From an uncultured Spirochaetota bacterium (GTDB lineage: Bacteria; Spirochaetota; Spirochaetia; SZUA-6; Fen-1364), in NCBI GenBank assembly GCA_963781885.1, contig CAWAHW010000004.1, forward strand, positions 576,001 through 640,000: a stretch of DNA of 64,000 nucleotides. Reading direction: 5' to 3'. The translations under genes and the position numbers were made by a program. The notes under the pieces are model-generated. The model saw nothing but the letters and a program-made list of their open reading frames with translations. It was not told where the DNA came from and searched no databases. Each line of letters starts with the position of its first letter. Position 1 is the first letter of the stretch. This document shows positions 42,816 to 57,200 of this stretch, one piece after another.

Positions 42816-43118
42816 ATGACGGGAAAAAATCCGAACGATGAAGTCGAAATCGTGCTTCTACCGGATGAGACCGGCAAAGCCTATTCCGGAGCAGACAAAG
42901 AAAAGATCGAGCGAATGATAAGGGAAAGACTCCTGCCGGAGAGCGGGGAACCCTATTACCGGGTACAGGTCGAAGTGAAACACCGGCCGGATGGAACGCC
43001 GGTGGCGCTCCTTGTCTCCATGTTGCGCGCCTCTACATACACCGCGGATATCGTCAAGGTGAACGTCAAAAAGGATTTTCAAGTGACGTCCATCGAACGT
43101 TCGCCGAAGGAAGAATGA
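42816..43118 (+). CDS. 100-aa stand-alone paralog of the protease N-terminal domain
   Basis: GGAGG RBS; 39 identities in 96 ungapped positions with residues 1-96 of 41820..42719. Confidence 0.85.
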   Translation: MTGKNPNDEVEIVLLPDETGKAYSGADKEKIERMIRERLLPESGEPYYRVQVEVKHRPDGTPVALLVSMLRASTYTADIVKVNVKKDFQVTSIERSPKEE

Positions 43119-43142
43119 AGGTCATTCACAAAGTGAGGTACC

Positions 43143-44507
43143 ATGCCAAACTATCATGTCAGAATTACCGCACCGAACCGTGAGGCATTGGCGGATCTGG
43201 TGCGCCGGCACAAGGTGACCGTTGCCCGGCATACCGCTGAGGAGACTCCTGATGGATATCGCGTGTACGCGCACGCCGGAAGCGGCGTCATCGAGATCCT
43301 CAAAGCCGCCGGCTACCGGGTGGAAGAGATCGAAAACGCCGATGAGGCCGGCCAGGCGCGGCAGACAGAATACGGCGGAGCCGCAGCGAAGGCGACGATA
43401 ACGGATGAAGAGCTGACGGCCACGGTTTTTCCGCGCTATTTGAGCGTCAGCGACGTGGAACGGGCGCTCGCACTCGCGGCTTCCCCAACCAATGCCGCCT
43501 TCATCTCCCTCATCCCGCTGCCCAACAAGACCTGGGAAAATCGACAATGCCATGCTGTCCGGGTGGGGAAAGGCGCCGCCCTCGATCGCCCGGGCATTTA
43601 TCTTCTCGGAGGCGTCCACGCGCGCGAATGGGGCAGTCCGGACATACTCGTAAGCCTTTTGGTGCAGCTTATCGGGTCTTATCGCAACAATTCCGCCATC
43701 ACCATCGGCGGGAATACATTCACCGCCGATCAGATCAGGACGCTCATCGAAAAGAAAAGTCTCTACCTCTTTCCCCAGGCCAACCCTGACGGGCGGAATT
43801 TCAGCATGACCCAGGATGCCATGTGGCGCAAGAACCGGCGGCCGGCGCCTCCCCACTCGACGTGCGGGGGAGTCGACATCAATAGAAACTATGATTTCCT
43901 CTGGAACTATCCCACATACTTCGCTCCCTCGGCGCCGGTGTGCAATTCCACCAATCCCTGCGACGAGATATACATTGGGCCGGGCGCCGTCTCCGAACCG
44001 GAGACGAAAAACGCGGTCTGGATGATGGAAAACCATCCGGATATCCGCTATATGGTCGATCTCCACAGCTATTCTGAATCGATCCTCTATGAATGGGGAG
44101 ATGACGACGATCAAGGCGCCACGCCTTCCATGAATTTCCAGAACCCTGCGTATAACGGCAAACGCGGGATAACCGGCGACACCGTTTACAAGGAATACAT
44201 CACCGTCAAAGATTCTCAAACCGCTCTCCAACTTGCGAAAACCATGCAGGATGCAATCAGATTGGCGCGCGGTCGCTCCTACGCCGTCAAGCAGTCGGTC
44301 GGTCTCTACCCGACCGCGGGTACGTCCTGCGATTACGCTTTCAGCCGCCATATCACCAATCCGGGCATGGCGAAGATTTCCTCGTTCACAATTGAATGGG
44401 GGAGCCCGAGCAACCCGACGCCTTTCCATCCCCCGTACCCCGAGATGCAAAAAATCATCCAGGAGATTACGGCCGCCCTCCTGTCCTTCTGTCTCGCCGC
44501 GACATAG
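43143..44507 (+). CDS. M14 zinc carboxypeptidase with N-terminal prodomain-like region
   Basis: GVHAREW (HxxE), NPDG, WRKNR, GVDINRN, SEPET, DLHSY, FTIE; no signal peptide. Confidence 0.92.
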   Translation: MPNYHVRITAPNREALADLVRRHKVTVARHTAEETPDGYRVYAHAGSGVIEILKAAGYRVEEIENADEAGQARQTEYGGAAAKATITDEELTATVFPRYLSVSDVERALALAASPTNAAFISLIPLPNKTWENRQCHAVRVGKGAALDRPGIYLLGGVHAREWGSPDILVSLLVQLIGSYRNNSAITIGGNTFTADQIRTLIEKKSLYLFPQANPDGRNFSMTQDAMWRKNRRPAPPHSTCGGVDINRNYDFLWNYPTYFAPSAPVCNSTNPCDEIYIGPGAVSEPETKNAVWMMENHPDIRYMVDLHSYSESILYEWGDDDDQGATPSMNFQNPAYNGKRGITGDTVYKEYITVKDSQTALQLAKTMQDAIRLARGRSYAVKQSVGLYPTAGTSCDYAFSRHITNPGMAKISSFTIEWGSPSNPTPFHPPYPEMQKIIQEITAALLSFCLAAT

Positions 44508-44701
44508 CATCCCGTCGATCCGACACAGGCGCGATCGCGGGGGACCGGGCCGATATTCGGCGCGTCTTTGCGATTCTCCGTGCGAGGGATGAGAAACCAT
44601 GGACAAGTCGAGGCCGCTGCCGTCCTCGCCCTTCAGGCTCGGACCGCTTTCGGAATACGCGCTCCCTCATCGGTCGCGCGTCGGCCTCCGCCCGCTCACG
44701 C

Positions 44702-45922
44702 TCAAGATCCGGTAGCCGCTTGCGGGTTTGAGCCTATGTCGGTCGTTCTTTTAGGAGGCAAAAATGCCCTGATGATCTCAACCCGAGCTCGCACTCCATT
44801 CGCGCCAGCCTCAATCAAGCCCAATTCCTTGAGAGCGTTCAGATCGCGCGTCAGGGTCTTGGGCGTCTTTTGCGCGTAGGCTCGCGCGATAGCGGGTGTC
44901 AATAATTGCAGCTTTGCCACAGCCACACTCTCCTGATCAGAAAGCGCGATGACCAGATCAAGTCGTCTTGTTCGCACCTGGGCCGATTCCCGAACACCTC
45001 CCGTGCTTAGCACCTCTCGAACGTAGTCCCGCCAGATCACCTGATGTTGCAGGCGCCTTATTTCGTCAAGTTGCATGCGAAGCCCGTCCACAAGGCCAGC
45101 GAGGGCGTAGGAAAAAAAGGGAACAATATCGCCTCCAGAACGGCTGGCCTTGTCGAGCTCAAGATAGTACGTCTGTCGAGTCTTGTTGTAGTGATTGCTC
45201 AGAATGTGCGCGGCAGGCGCCGGCACGCCCCCCTCGAGTAGCAACATGAACTCGACGAGTCGTGCGGTGCGGCCATTTCCGTCGCCGAAAGGATGTATCC
45301 AGGCAAGATAAATATGGGCCCATACAGCGAGGAGGACCGCACGCGAGATCGCATCGAGCTCGACCGCGCGCGTCGGCAGAGAAGTGATGAACGTGCACAT
45401 CCTCTCGAGAAGGTAATCGCAGTCTTCCGCTGGCGCGCCTCGATACGATCCAACGGTAACCGCCTTCTTTCGCACCATCCCTGGTTGTACATCGTCGGGT
45501 AGCGGAAGGGATGATAGCACCTGCCTGTTGAGATCTTTCACCGTATCCGCTGTAAGGGAATTGGGTTGGCCCGTTGCGATGCGCCGCAGGATGCTATTGC
45601 AGGCGGAAACAACATTGTCGATCTCGCGCCCCTGATATGCCATTGATGGAGGAAGCTCCAGCGTTCCATTTATCTGTCGCCTTACTTCATCCTCCGAGAG
45701 CGTATTTCCTTCGATTGCAGTGGTCGCCTGAACGCCACGCGTCAGATAGAGCTGATAGAGTTTGTCTGCGGTTTCCTTGTCCAGCGGCGCTCCTGCGATG
45801 TACTCGCATTTGGAGCGGATCTCCCCTAATGCCATCCATAGTGTGTGCGGAGCCCTTTGGAGGTCTAAAGTGAAGCGGAGCCAAGGATGCGTCCTGTTGA
45901 ATGTCCTCTCAGCGTCTGGCAA
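44702..45922 (-). CDS. Fic family protein (adenylyltransferase) with C-terminal wHTH-like region
   Basis: TTAIEGN (inhibitory-helix motif), canonical HPFGDGNGRTAR, TLTRDLNALKELGLI. Confidence 0.92.
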   Translation of the reverse strand: MPDAERTFNRTHPWLRFTLDLQRAPHTLWMALGEIRSKCEYIAGAPLDKETADKLYQLYLTRGVQATTAIEGNTLSEDEVRRQINGTLELPPSMAYQGREIDNVVSACNSILRRIATGQPNSLTADTVKDLNRQVLSSLPLPDDVQPGMVRKKAVTVGSYRGAPAEDCDYLLERMCTFITSLPTRAVELDAISRAVLLAVWAHIYLAWIHPFGDGNGRTARLVEFMLLLEGGVPAPAAHILSNHYNKTRQTYYLELDKASRSGGDIVPFFSYALAGLVDGLRMQLDEIRRLQHQVIWRDYVREVLSTGGVRESAQVRTRRLDLVIALSDQESVAVAKLQLLTPAIARAYAQKTPKTLTRDLNALKELGLIEAGANGVRARVEIIRAFLPPKRTTDIGSNPQAATGS

Positions 45923-45956
45923 CTGTCCCGTAACTCCTTATAATAAAATCTAATAG

Positions 45957-45971
45957 AATCTAGTATAGATT
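45957..45971. promoter_or_regulatory. Palindrome upstream of fic (candidate autoregulatory operator)
   Basis: AATCTA-GTA-TAGATT in an AT-rich divergent fic/hsdM intergenic region. Confidence 0.4.
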
Positions 45972-46169
45972 ATGTGCCATTAAATGTCCACCAAAATGTC
46001 CGCAATCGCATCCGGGTAAATGTCGTCTCCACAGCTATGGACATGTCGCCTTAGCTTTTCGCTTCGATTCCGTGGCATGAATCAGCCGCCGCTTAGCTAA
46101 GTCGCCTTGCGGCAAAGGAATAAACTAGATATCGTAACTAGACAATAATGCAGCCAAGTTAGGGACGGG

Positions 46170-47723
46170 ATGGCAAAAAAAGCTACAAGGAATGAAGACT
46201 CGGCAACCGTAGGGTTGGAAGCGAAGCTCTGGGCTTCCGCCGATGCTCTGCGGAACAACATGGATGCGGCCGAGTACAAGCACGTGCTGCTCGGCCTGAT
46301 CTTCCTCAAGTACATCAGCGATGCCTTCGAAGCGCAGCATGACAGGCTCGTGGCCGCCAAAGCCGACGGCGCGGACCCCGAGGACCCCGATGAGTATCGA
46401 GCCGTCAACATCTTCTGGGTGCCGAAGGAAGCCCGCTGGTCCATCCTCAAGGCGAAGGCTCCGCAGCCAACAATCGGAAAGCTTGTCGACGATGCGATGA
46501 CCGCCATCGAGCGAGACAACCCAACGCTGAAAGGGGTCCTCCCCAAAGAGTACGCTCGTCCCGGTCTGGACAAGGTCCGGCTGGGACAGATTATCAACAT
46601 GGTGAGCGACATCGGGCTGGGCAGCCCCGCGGACCGTTCCAAGGACATACTCGGCCGCGTCTACGAGTACTTCCTGTCGCAGTTCGCCACCGCCGAAGGG
46701 AAGAAGGGCGGACAATTCTATACGCCATCGCGTGTCGTTCGTGTTCTGGTTGAGATGCTCGCCCCCTACAAGGGCCGTGTCTATGACCCCTGCTGCGGTT
46801 CTGGTGGAATGTTCGTCAGCAGCGAGAAGTTCATCGAGGCGCACGCCGGTCGCATCGGCGACATCGCCATCTATGGGCAGGAGTCGAACTATACGACCTG
46901 GCGCCTGGCCAAGATGAACCTCGCCATTCGCGGCATCGACGCCCAGATTGCCCATGGGGACAGCTTCCACAACGACCAGCACCCTGACCTGAAGGCCGAT
47001 TTCGTTCTGGCCAACCCGCCGTTCAACGATAGCGACTGGCGCGGCGACCAGCTCAAGGATGACAAGCGATGGAAGTACGGTATTCCGCCCGCGGGGAACG
47101 CCAACTTCGCGTGGGTGCAGCATTTCATCCATCACCTCTCGCCGACAGGGATCGCGGGCTTCGTGCTGGCCAACGGCTCGATGTCCTCAAACCAGTCGGG
47201 CGAAGGGGAGATTCGCAAGAACATGATCGAGGCAGACCTTGTCGATTGCATGGTTGCCCTTCCCGGTCAGCTCTTCTATTCGACGCAGATCCCCGTGTGC
47301 CTCTGGTTCCTGGCGCGCGACAAGAAGAACGGCCGATTCCGCGATCGACGGGGTGAAATCCTCTTCATCGATGCGCGCAAGATGGGGACGATGATCGACC
47401 GCGTTCACCGCGAGCTCACCGACGAGGACACCGCAAAGATCGCCGGCACATACCATGCGTGGCGCGGCGACAAGGGGATCAAGGAGAAGTACAAGGACGT
47501 CCCCGGATTCTGCGCCGCCGTGAAGCTCGATGACGTCAAGAAACACGACTACATCCTCACCCCGGGCCGGTATGTCGGTGCCGAGGCCGCGGAGGAGGAT
47601 GACGAGCCGTTCGACGAGAAGATGAAGAGGCTCACCGCGACCCTGAAGGAGCAACAAGCAGAGGGCAAAAAGCTAGACGCCGCCATCGCCCGCAACCTGA
47701 AGGAGCTGGGGTATGCGGAGTGG
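46170..47723 (+). CDS. hsdM: Type I R-M methyltransferase subunit M (stop masked by an apparent 1-bp insertion)
   Basis: [39 protein letters not shown], ending NLKELGY; the track extension to 47912 is out-of-frame hsdS sequence. Confidence 0.93.
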
Positions 47724-48976
47724 ATTGGCCGGTCGCAACAATTGCTGAAGTGGCCGAAAAAGTCGCGATGGGCCCATTTGGCTCATCGATCAAAGTGGAG
47801 ACTTTTTCTCCGGATGGAGTTCCCATTATTAGCGGTCAGCATTTGCGTGGGTTCAGGCTCGATGAAACGGCCGAGTTCAATTTCGTTACGCCAGAACACG
47901 CGGCCAAACTAAAAAGCGCCAATGTGGAGCGAGGGGACGTAATCTTTACGCACGCTGGAAATATCGGACAGGTAGCGTATATCCCGACAAACTCAAGGTT
48001 CAAGAAATACGTCATCTCACAACGGCAATTCTATCTACGCTGCAAAGCGGAGCGTATCATTCCTGAGTTCGTTACGTACTTTTTCCGGTCGCGGCATGGC
48101 AGGCAACTACTACTTGCAAACACTTCATCTGTAGGCGTCCCATCAATAGCTCAACCTGTTACCTATTTGCGAACGATTGAAATTCCCGTCCCTCCGCTCG
48201 CAGAACAAAGCGCTATTGCCAAAATCCTAGGAACGCTCGACGACAAGATAGATTTAAGCCATCGAATGAACGAGAAGCTCGATGTTATAGCAAGGGCACT
48301 ATTCAAGTCCTGGTTCGTTGAATTCGATCCTGTGAGGGCAAAAGTTAAAGGACTGCGACTGCGGCTTCCATCCGACGCGGCGGCCTGTTTTCCGGATAGG
48401 TTTCAGAGCTCTTCTTTAGGACATATCCCGCAAGGATGGGAAATTGGCTCTGTTGGTGACCTATTCCAGTTGCAGCGTGGTTTTGACTTGCCAGAAAGAG
48501 AACGGCGCCCGGGGCCTTATCCTGTCGTTACCGCAAGTGGTCCCACCGGAACACATGACTCCTTCATGGCACATGGCCCGGGCGTTACCACGGGACGAAG
48601 CGGCCTGATTGGTGGTGTTTTTTTTATCCATGGGGATTATTGGCCTCACAATACGTCTCTGTGGGTGAAAGAATTCCTTCACTCAACACCGGCCTACGCC
48701 TACTACTTTCTTCGTGCACTTGACTTTTCGGTGGTCAGCACAGGGTCAGCCGTGCCAACACTAAATCGAAATCATATTCATAGCTTGCCAGCAATACTTC
48801 CACCGAGCAGATTGATCGCCCTATTCGAAGCACGCGCAAGTACTTGCCTTCTGAAACAGGAACAGAATCTCCAGGAATCCCGCACCCTTGCCTCTCTCCG
48901 TGACACACTTCTCCCCAAGCTCATCTCAGGCGAGATCCGCATCAAGGACGCGGAGCGGTTCGCGGATGGAGGATAG
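47713..48976 (+). CDS. hsdS: Type I R-M specificity subunit S
   Basis: TRD1 (MGPFGS...), [20 protein letters not shown]...[20 protein letters not shown]2, [15 protein letters not shown]; visibly lower GC than hsdM/hsdR. Confidence 0.93.
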
Positions 48977-48979
48977 CAG

Positions 48980-52093
<3,114 letters not shown>

Positions 52094-52163
52094 ATCCAAC
52101 GCCAAGCATCAAGCCGTTTTTGTTGTCTCTGTTAGTCTGTGATATACACAGGGGAGCAGTGCC

Positions 52164-53588
52164 ATGGCGTCAGTTTTCCTTCGATTGCCCGAGAACTTCT
52201 TCGTCCCTCTGGCGTCCCCCAACCGTCATCACTATGCCGCGTTGTTGCTTGAGTACTATCGACTGTTCGTCGAATACAGATCGAGCGTGGAGAGAGAGCT
52301 CGTGGTTGCCCGGTTTACAGAGTACTTCACGGCACTGGATGCCTCCGAACAGATCGCGGAAGAAGAGGAGCCGGAGTCCGACGCACGACAAGCGCTGGAG
52401 GCGAGGGCGGCACAGGGGCCGTCCCGCGCGGAACCCCGGGTGCTCGCGAATTTGTTTCTCCGCAAGCTTGTGATCCACGGGTGGATCGCGGAAGAGCAGG
52501 AACGTGACTTCACGCGTGTCTTGAATCTCTGCGTCCACGCACGCCCCTTTTTTGAAGCACTCGGTGCAACGGAGCGGGGCACTTCGGTGGAATACGAGAG
52601 CCATATCCTCGCCGTCTACTCCTCCCTCTGTGGAGACGCGGCAAAAGACAACGGTGAGCACGCAGTTCTCAACGCACACTGGCACACGCGACTTCTGGTG
52701 GAATCCCTGAAGGTTCTGGAGCAGAACATCAAGACCTATGTCCAGGAGATGTTCGCGCTGAACGGGACTATCCCCGAAATCCTCCACGCTCACTATGACC
52801 TGTACATGCATGAAGTCGTGGACCGTGCCTATACGCGTCTGAAGACGTCCGACAACCTTTCGCGGTACCGGCCCAAGGTGTCCCGGGCAATCAACGGGTT
52901 CCTTCGCAACGAGCAATGGATGGCACGAACCGCGCAGAAGCTGTCGGCAATACAACGCACCACGGTGGCTTCCGGCCGCGAGAGATTGCGGGAGATGCTC
53001 GTGGAGATCCGCGACGAGCTCCTGGGGATCGATCCGATATTGGAGAGTATCGATGACAGGAATCGGCGCTATTCTCGTGCCTCCACCGAGCGTATTCGCA
53101 CAAAGCTGCACGCCGACTCATCACTCCAGGGCAGGATCGTGCGGATCGCAAAGGCCATGGCTCACGGGGATCCCAGAGCGAACCCGGGAGACCTCGCGCA
53201 TCGGCTCTTCCGTCTGCGGCACCTGGCGCGCGAGTCTCTCTACACGCGGAAGAACCGGGGAGTCATGGCAGACGGACTCGCGCGGCTTTCGCCGGACGAA
53301 TCCGACGCTGAGATTGCCGCGGCCGAGCTGCGCCTGCGCATCGCCAATCAGCTCAACCCCGTGAAGATCGCCGACTTCCTCTCGGGCTACTGTCCGAATG
53401 CCGGCGCGACAAGAAGGGCGGAGGACATTGTCGACGGCGTGGACAGCCTTGTCCGTCTGATCTACGCGGCCAACTATGCCGAGGCAAGGCAAGAGACATT
53501 TCCTTTCACGGTGGAGTGGGGAGACGAAATCGTCACCGCGGGCAATTTCCGTTTTCGATCTCACCGATTTACGAGGAGGCGTGCATGA
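52164..53588 (+). CDS. jetA: Wadjet JetA (MukF-like kleisin; DUF5716-like)
   Basis: F.RLPENFF.PLAS.NR..Y..LL N-terminus, LRKL...GWI, Y.RLKTSDN..RYR; first of four ATGA-coupled genes. Confidence 0.8.
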   Translation: MASVFLRLPENFFVPLASPNRHHYAALLLEYYRLFVEYRSSVERELVVARFTEYFTALDASEQIAEEEEPESDARQALEARAAQGPSRAEPRVLANLFLRKLVIHGWIAEEQERDFTRVLNLCVHARPFFEALGATERGTSVEYESHILAVYSSLCGDAAKDNGEHAVLNAHWHTRLLVESLKVLEQNIKTYVQEMFALNGTIPEILHAHYDLYMHEVVDRAYTRLKTSDNLSRYRPKVSRAINGFLRNEQWMARTAQKLSAIQRTTVASGRERLREMLVEIRDELLGIDPILESIDDRNRRYSRASTERIRTKLHADSSLQGRIVRIAKAMAHGDPRANPGDLAHRLFRLRHLARESLYTRKNRGVMADGLARLSPDESDAEIAAAELRLRIANQLNPVKIADFLSGYCPNAGATRRAEDIVDGVDSLVRLIYAANYAEARQETFPFTVEWGDEIVTAGNFRFRSHRFTRRRA

Positions 53589-54202
53589 TGGTCGAGATTG
53601 ACGCGCTCACGGATCCCGAGCGTGATCGACTGAGGATCGCTTTGAACACGCTCTTCACGGAGAGCTTCCTCATCCGCGGCTTTGAACCGCATGTCGCCTC
53701 CTACCGCTTTGTGACGGCCAATTTCGAACTCGTGGAGGGGTACTTGTCCGTTGCCGGATGGGGATTGAAGCGGGACGAGTTGCTCGGCGTTGTGGCTTTT
53801 CAGGGGCCGCCTTCCGCGCGGCTCAGCTTGACCAAGGATGAAAGCCTTCTCCTGCTCATCCTGCGTCTGCTCTATGAAGAAAAGGCCGGAGAAATCACGC
53901 TCCATGGGGAGCGGACAGTGAGGCAGCAGGACATCGTGGAGAAATACCGCGCGGTGGCCGAAGCTACCTGGAAGAAGACGCGCTATCTTTCCATGCTGCG
54001 TCGTTTCCAGGTCTTGAGACTGATTCGCATCCTGGGGGACGAAGCTGACCCTGAGGTGACGGTCGTCCTCCACCCGAGCATCCCTTTTGCCCTGGACGGG
54101 ATGGCGGTGAATGAGATCGACGCGCGGATCCAAGAAGCGACAACGGCAGCGCCGGATGAAAGCGTGGAGAGGGACCAGGAATCGGAGCAGGCGGAGGAAT
54201 GA
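53585..54202 (+). CDS. jetB: Wadjet JetB (MukE-like; DUF4194-like)
   Basis: YLSVAGW.L..D...GV, LTKDESLLLLILRLLYEE, acidic tail; lies between jetA and jetC. Confidence 0.85.
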   Translation: MMVEIDALTDPERDRLRIALNTLFTESFLIRGFEPHVASYRFVTANFELVEGYLSVAGWGLKRDELLGVVAFQGPPSARLSLTKDESLLLLILRLLYEEKAGEITLHGERTVRQQDIVEKYRAVAEATWKKTRYLSMLRRFQVLRLIRILGDEADPEVTVVLHPSIPFALDGMAVNEIDARIQEATTAAPDESVERDQESEQAEE

Positions 54203-57200
54203 TGCTGATTCTCAGACGCGTGCGGTTGGTGAACTGGCACTACTTCACGGACTCACTGATCGAGATGGGGCCCGTGACGCTTCTTGGGGGAGACAATGGC
54301 AGCGGCAAATCCACCATCATCGACGCTATCCAGTACGCCCTGGTTGCTCAGGTCAGCCGGATCCGCTTCAACGCCGCAGCAAGCGATCGCCGCACGACAC
54401 GCACCATCGAAAGCTATTGCCGGTGCCGCATCGGCGCGGACTCCCGCGACTACGTCCGGGGAGACTGCATCAGTCACGTCATACTTGAGTTCGGGAACGG
54501 GGAGAGCCGTTTCTGCGCTGGAATTATGGTGGAGGCTTTCACGGAGGGAGACGCCCGGGAGCACGAATGGCTCCTTGAGGGAGGAAAGATCGAAGATGTC
54601 GCAATCTTCGACGGCGGCCAGTTTCGGAGCCCCCGGGTTTTCCGCGATTCCGTCAAACAGCTCGGCGGGTACCTGTGCGCCACGAAACGCGAGTACAACA
54701 ATCGCCTGACCCACCTCCTCGGCGTGCACCGCCGTGGCGTGGACTTCAATCCGTACCTGGACGCGGTGGTGCGGTCGGTGAGCTTCACGCCGTTCACCTC
54801 CGTCCACGATTTCGTCTGCAACTATATCCTGGAAGAGCACAACGTCGACGTAAGCGCAATGAAGGAGAACCTCCAGAATTATAGAGCCGCCGAACGGGAA
54901 GCGCTGGAGGTCGAGCGCAGAATACTCCAGCTGGCCGCAATCGGGGAGCTGACGGAAGCCGTGGCCCAGGCAAGACGCCAGATCCTGCGGCAGGACTACC
55001 TGCGGCTCAGGCTCCACGTGGAGGATCAGCTGGCCCGGCTCGGAGCCACGCGCGGAGAGCTGCAACAGACGCGTTTGTTGATCTCCAACGCCACGGAGAC
55101 GCTGTCCGCCGAACAGGAGCGCAAGGAGCGACTGGACTCGGTTCGACAGGAGCTCCAGTTCGCGCTGGCCTCCGACGAGCAGCACCGCGCATACGAACGC
55201 TTGCGGCGGGATCGCGAGGAGCTCGGTCGGCGCATGGCGGATGAGAAGGAACGCATGGAGCGCCGCGCGCTGCTGGTGCAGCAGTGCGGCGTGCTCCTGG
55301 GAAGAAAGCTGGGAGCTGATCTGGAGGCGGAGACGAGCTCCCTTTCGGCGGAGCAGCAGGATGTGATTCGCAAGGACGTGGAGGGCGATGTCGAGATCGC
55401 CAGACTCAAAACAGAGCTCGGAGCTCTGCATGCGGAGGAGAAGGAGCTGTCCGAGGGAATACTGCGTTACCCGGAGCCCACAACGGAGCTGAAACAGGCC
55501 GTTGAAAGGGCCGGCATTCCCGCCGCGGTCTTTGCCGACCTCCTGGAGGTGACACAGGAGGAGTGGCACAACGCCGTGGAGGGATGGCTCAACACACAGC
55601 GTTTCAATGTCCTTGTTCCGGAATCGGATTTTCAGAGAGCCCTGGAGATCTATAACGGCCTGCCGGCAAAAACGGCGGGTGTCGGACTGCCGAATCTCGC
55701 CTCCGTGTCGGAAGCGGATGTCCATCCAGGGTCATTGGCCGAGGTCGTCGAGGCACGGACCCCGGCCGCCCGCAGGTACGCCGCCTTCCTCATGGGTGAC
55801 GTCATACGCACGGATATCCTCAACCTGAAGCGATTTGATCGCTCCATAACGACGGAATGCATGCGCTATTCCTCCCACACGGCGACACGAATCCGCAAGG
55901 AGGTCTTTGAGCGCTGGTACATCGGAAAGGAGGCGCGGGAGCGCCGCCTGCAGGCCGTCCGCGATGAAATCGAACGCGGCGGGCTCGGTGTGGAGTCACT
56001 CCTGAAGGCCAAGCGCTCCATCCAGGAGCGGATCGACGTTCTGTCTCGCGTGCTGCGACAGATCCCTACTATTGTTGAGCTTGCCTCCGCGGAAGCGCGT
56101 TTTGAGTCCGCCCGCGTTCAGTACGAGGAGGTGGAACGCCAGATCGCATCCATCGATACAAGCTCGTTCGAAGCCTTGAAGATACAAATAGCCGGATTGG
56201 CCGACAGCATACGCGCATGCGAGCTGGAGATCGGCAAGCTTCAGGGACGTATCGGGTCCGCGCGGGAAAGGGAGACGTCACTTGGCGTCAGGGTGGAGGG
56301 TGAGGAGACGGAGCGAGGAAGACGCGAAGCCGCGCTTGCGGGATTCGTCGGCGAATACATCGACAAGGAGGCTGAGCTCGCCGCCTATTTTGACGAGCGC
56401 ATGAAGAGCGAGCGCCGACAGACAGGCGGAAGCGTCGACTTCGCGGATATGATCCGCCGCTACGAATCATCCAACACGGGTCTTGCCACACGGCTGGAGA
56501 AGGCCCGCACGGACCTCCGCCTGTCAAAACAGCGCTACAATCACGATTGGAACGAGGTCCTGGTGCAGGAGGACGACGAATCGCGCGAACACCGCGAACG
56601 ACTTGTCCGCTACCGGGAAACCGAGCTTCCCGAGTACCGGGACCGCATCAGCCGTGCGCGGGTGGAAGCGGAGCGCCAGTTTCGCGAGCACTTTGTCTCA
56701 CGCCTGAACGAGTACCTCGTGGATGCGGAGGAGAGCTTTCGGGAGATCAACCACATCCTGGAAACCATCCGCTTCGGCAAGGATCAATATCACTTCTCCA
56801 TCACCCGCAATCCCGAAAAGCAGAAGCTCCTGTCCGCCATTTCATCCGCGGCTGAGATCAGTGAGCTGGACGGCACACTTTTTGCCTCCCTGAAGAGCGA
56901 CGATGAGCGGGAGAGCATCGAACGGCTCTTCCAGAACGTGCTTGACCACGAGCTGGACGACCCCGCCGTGCGCGAGATCTGCGATTACCGACAGTATTTC
57001 CTCTATGACATCCGCATCCGCCATACGGACGTCCTGGACGACAAGACCGGCAAGGCTCTCGAATCGTACCTCTCCCGGGTCCTGCGAGAGAAATCCGGCG
57101 GAGAGACCCAGACACCGTACTACGTCGCCATTGCGGCGAGCTTCTTTCGCTTCTACAAGGACTCACCCGACGCGATCCGCCTCGTGCTCTTTGACGAGGC

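Noticed and set aside
46170-47912. 580-aa HsdM with a novel C-terminal extension
   Set aside because: The extension is out-of-frame hsdS sequence after the normal LKELGY end.
47713-48976. Phase-variable (shufflon-type) hsdS
   Set aside because: There is a single hsdS, no silent TRD copies or recombinase, and no long inverted repeats were seen. The T8 run near 48620 is too short to claim.
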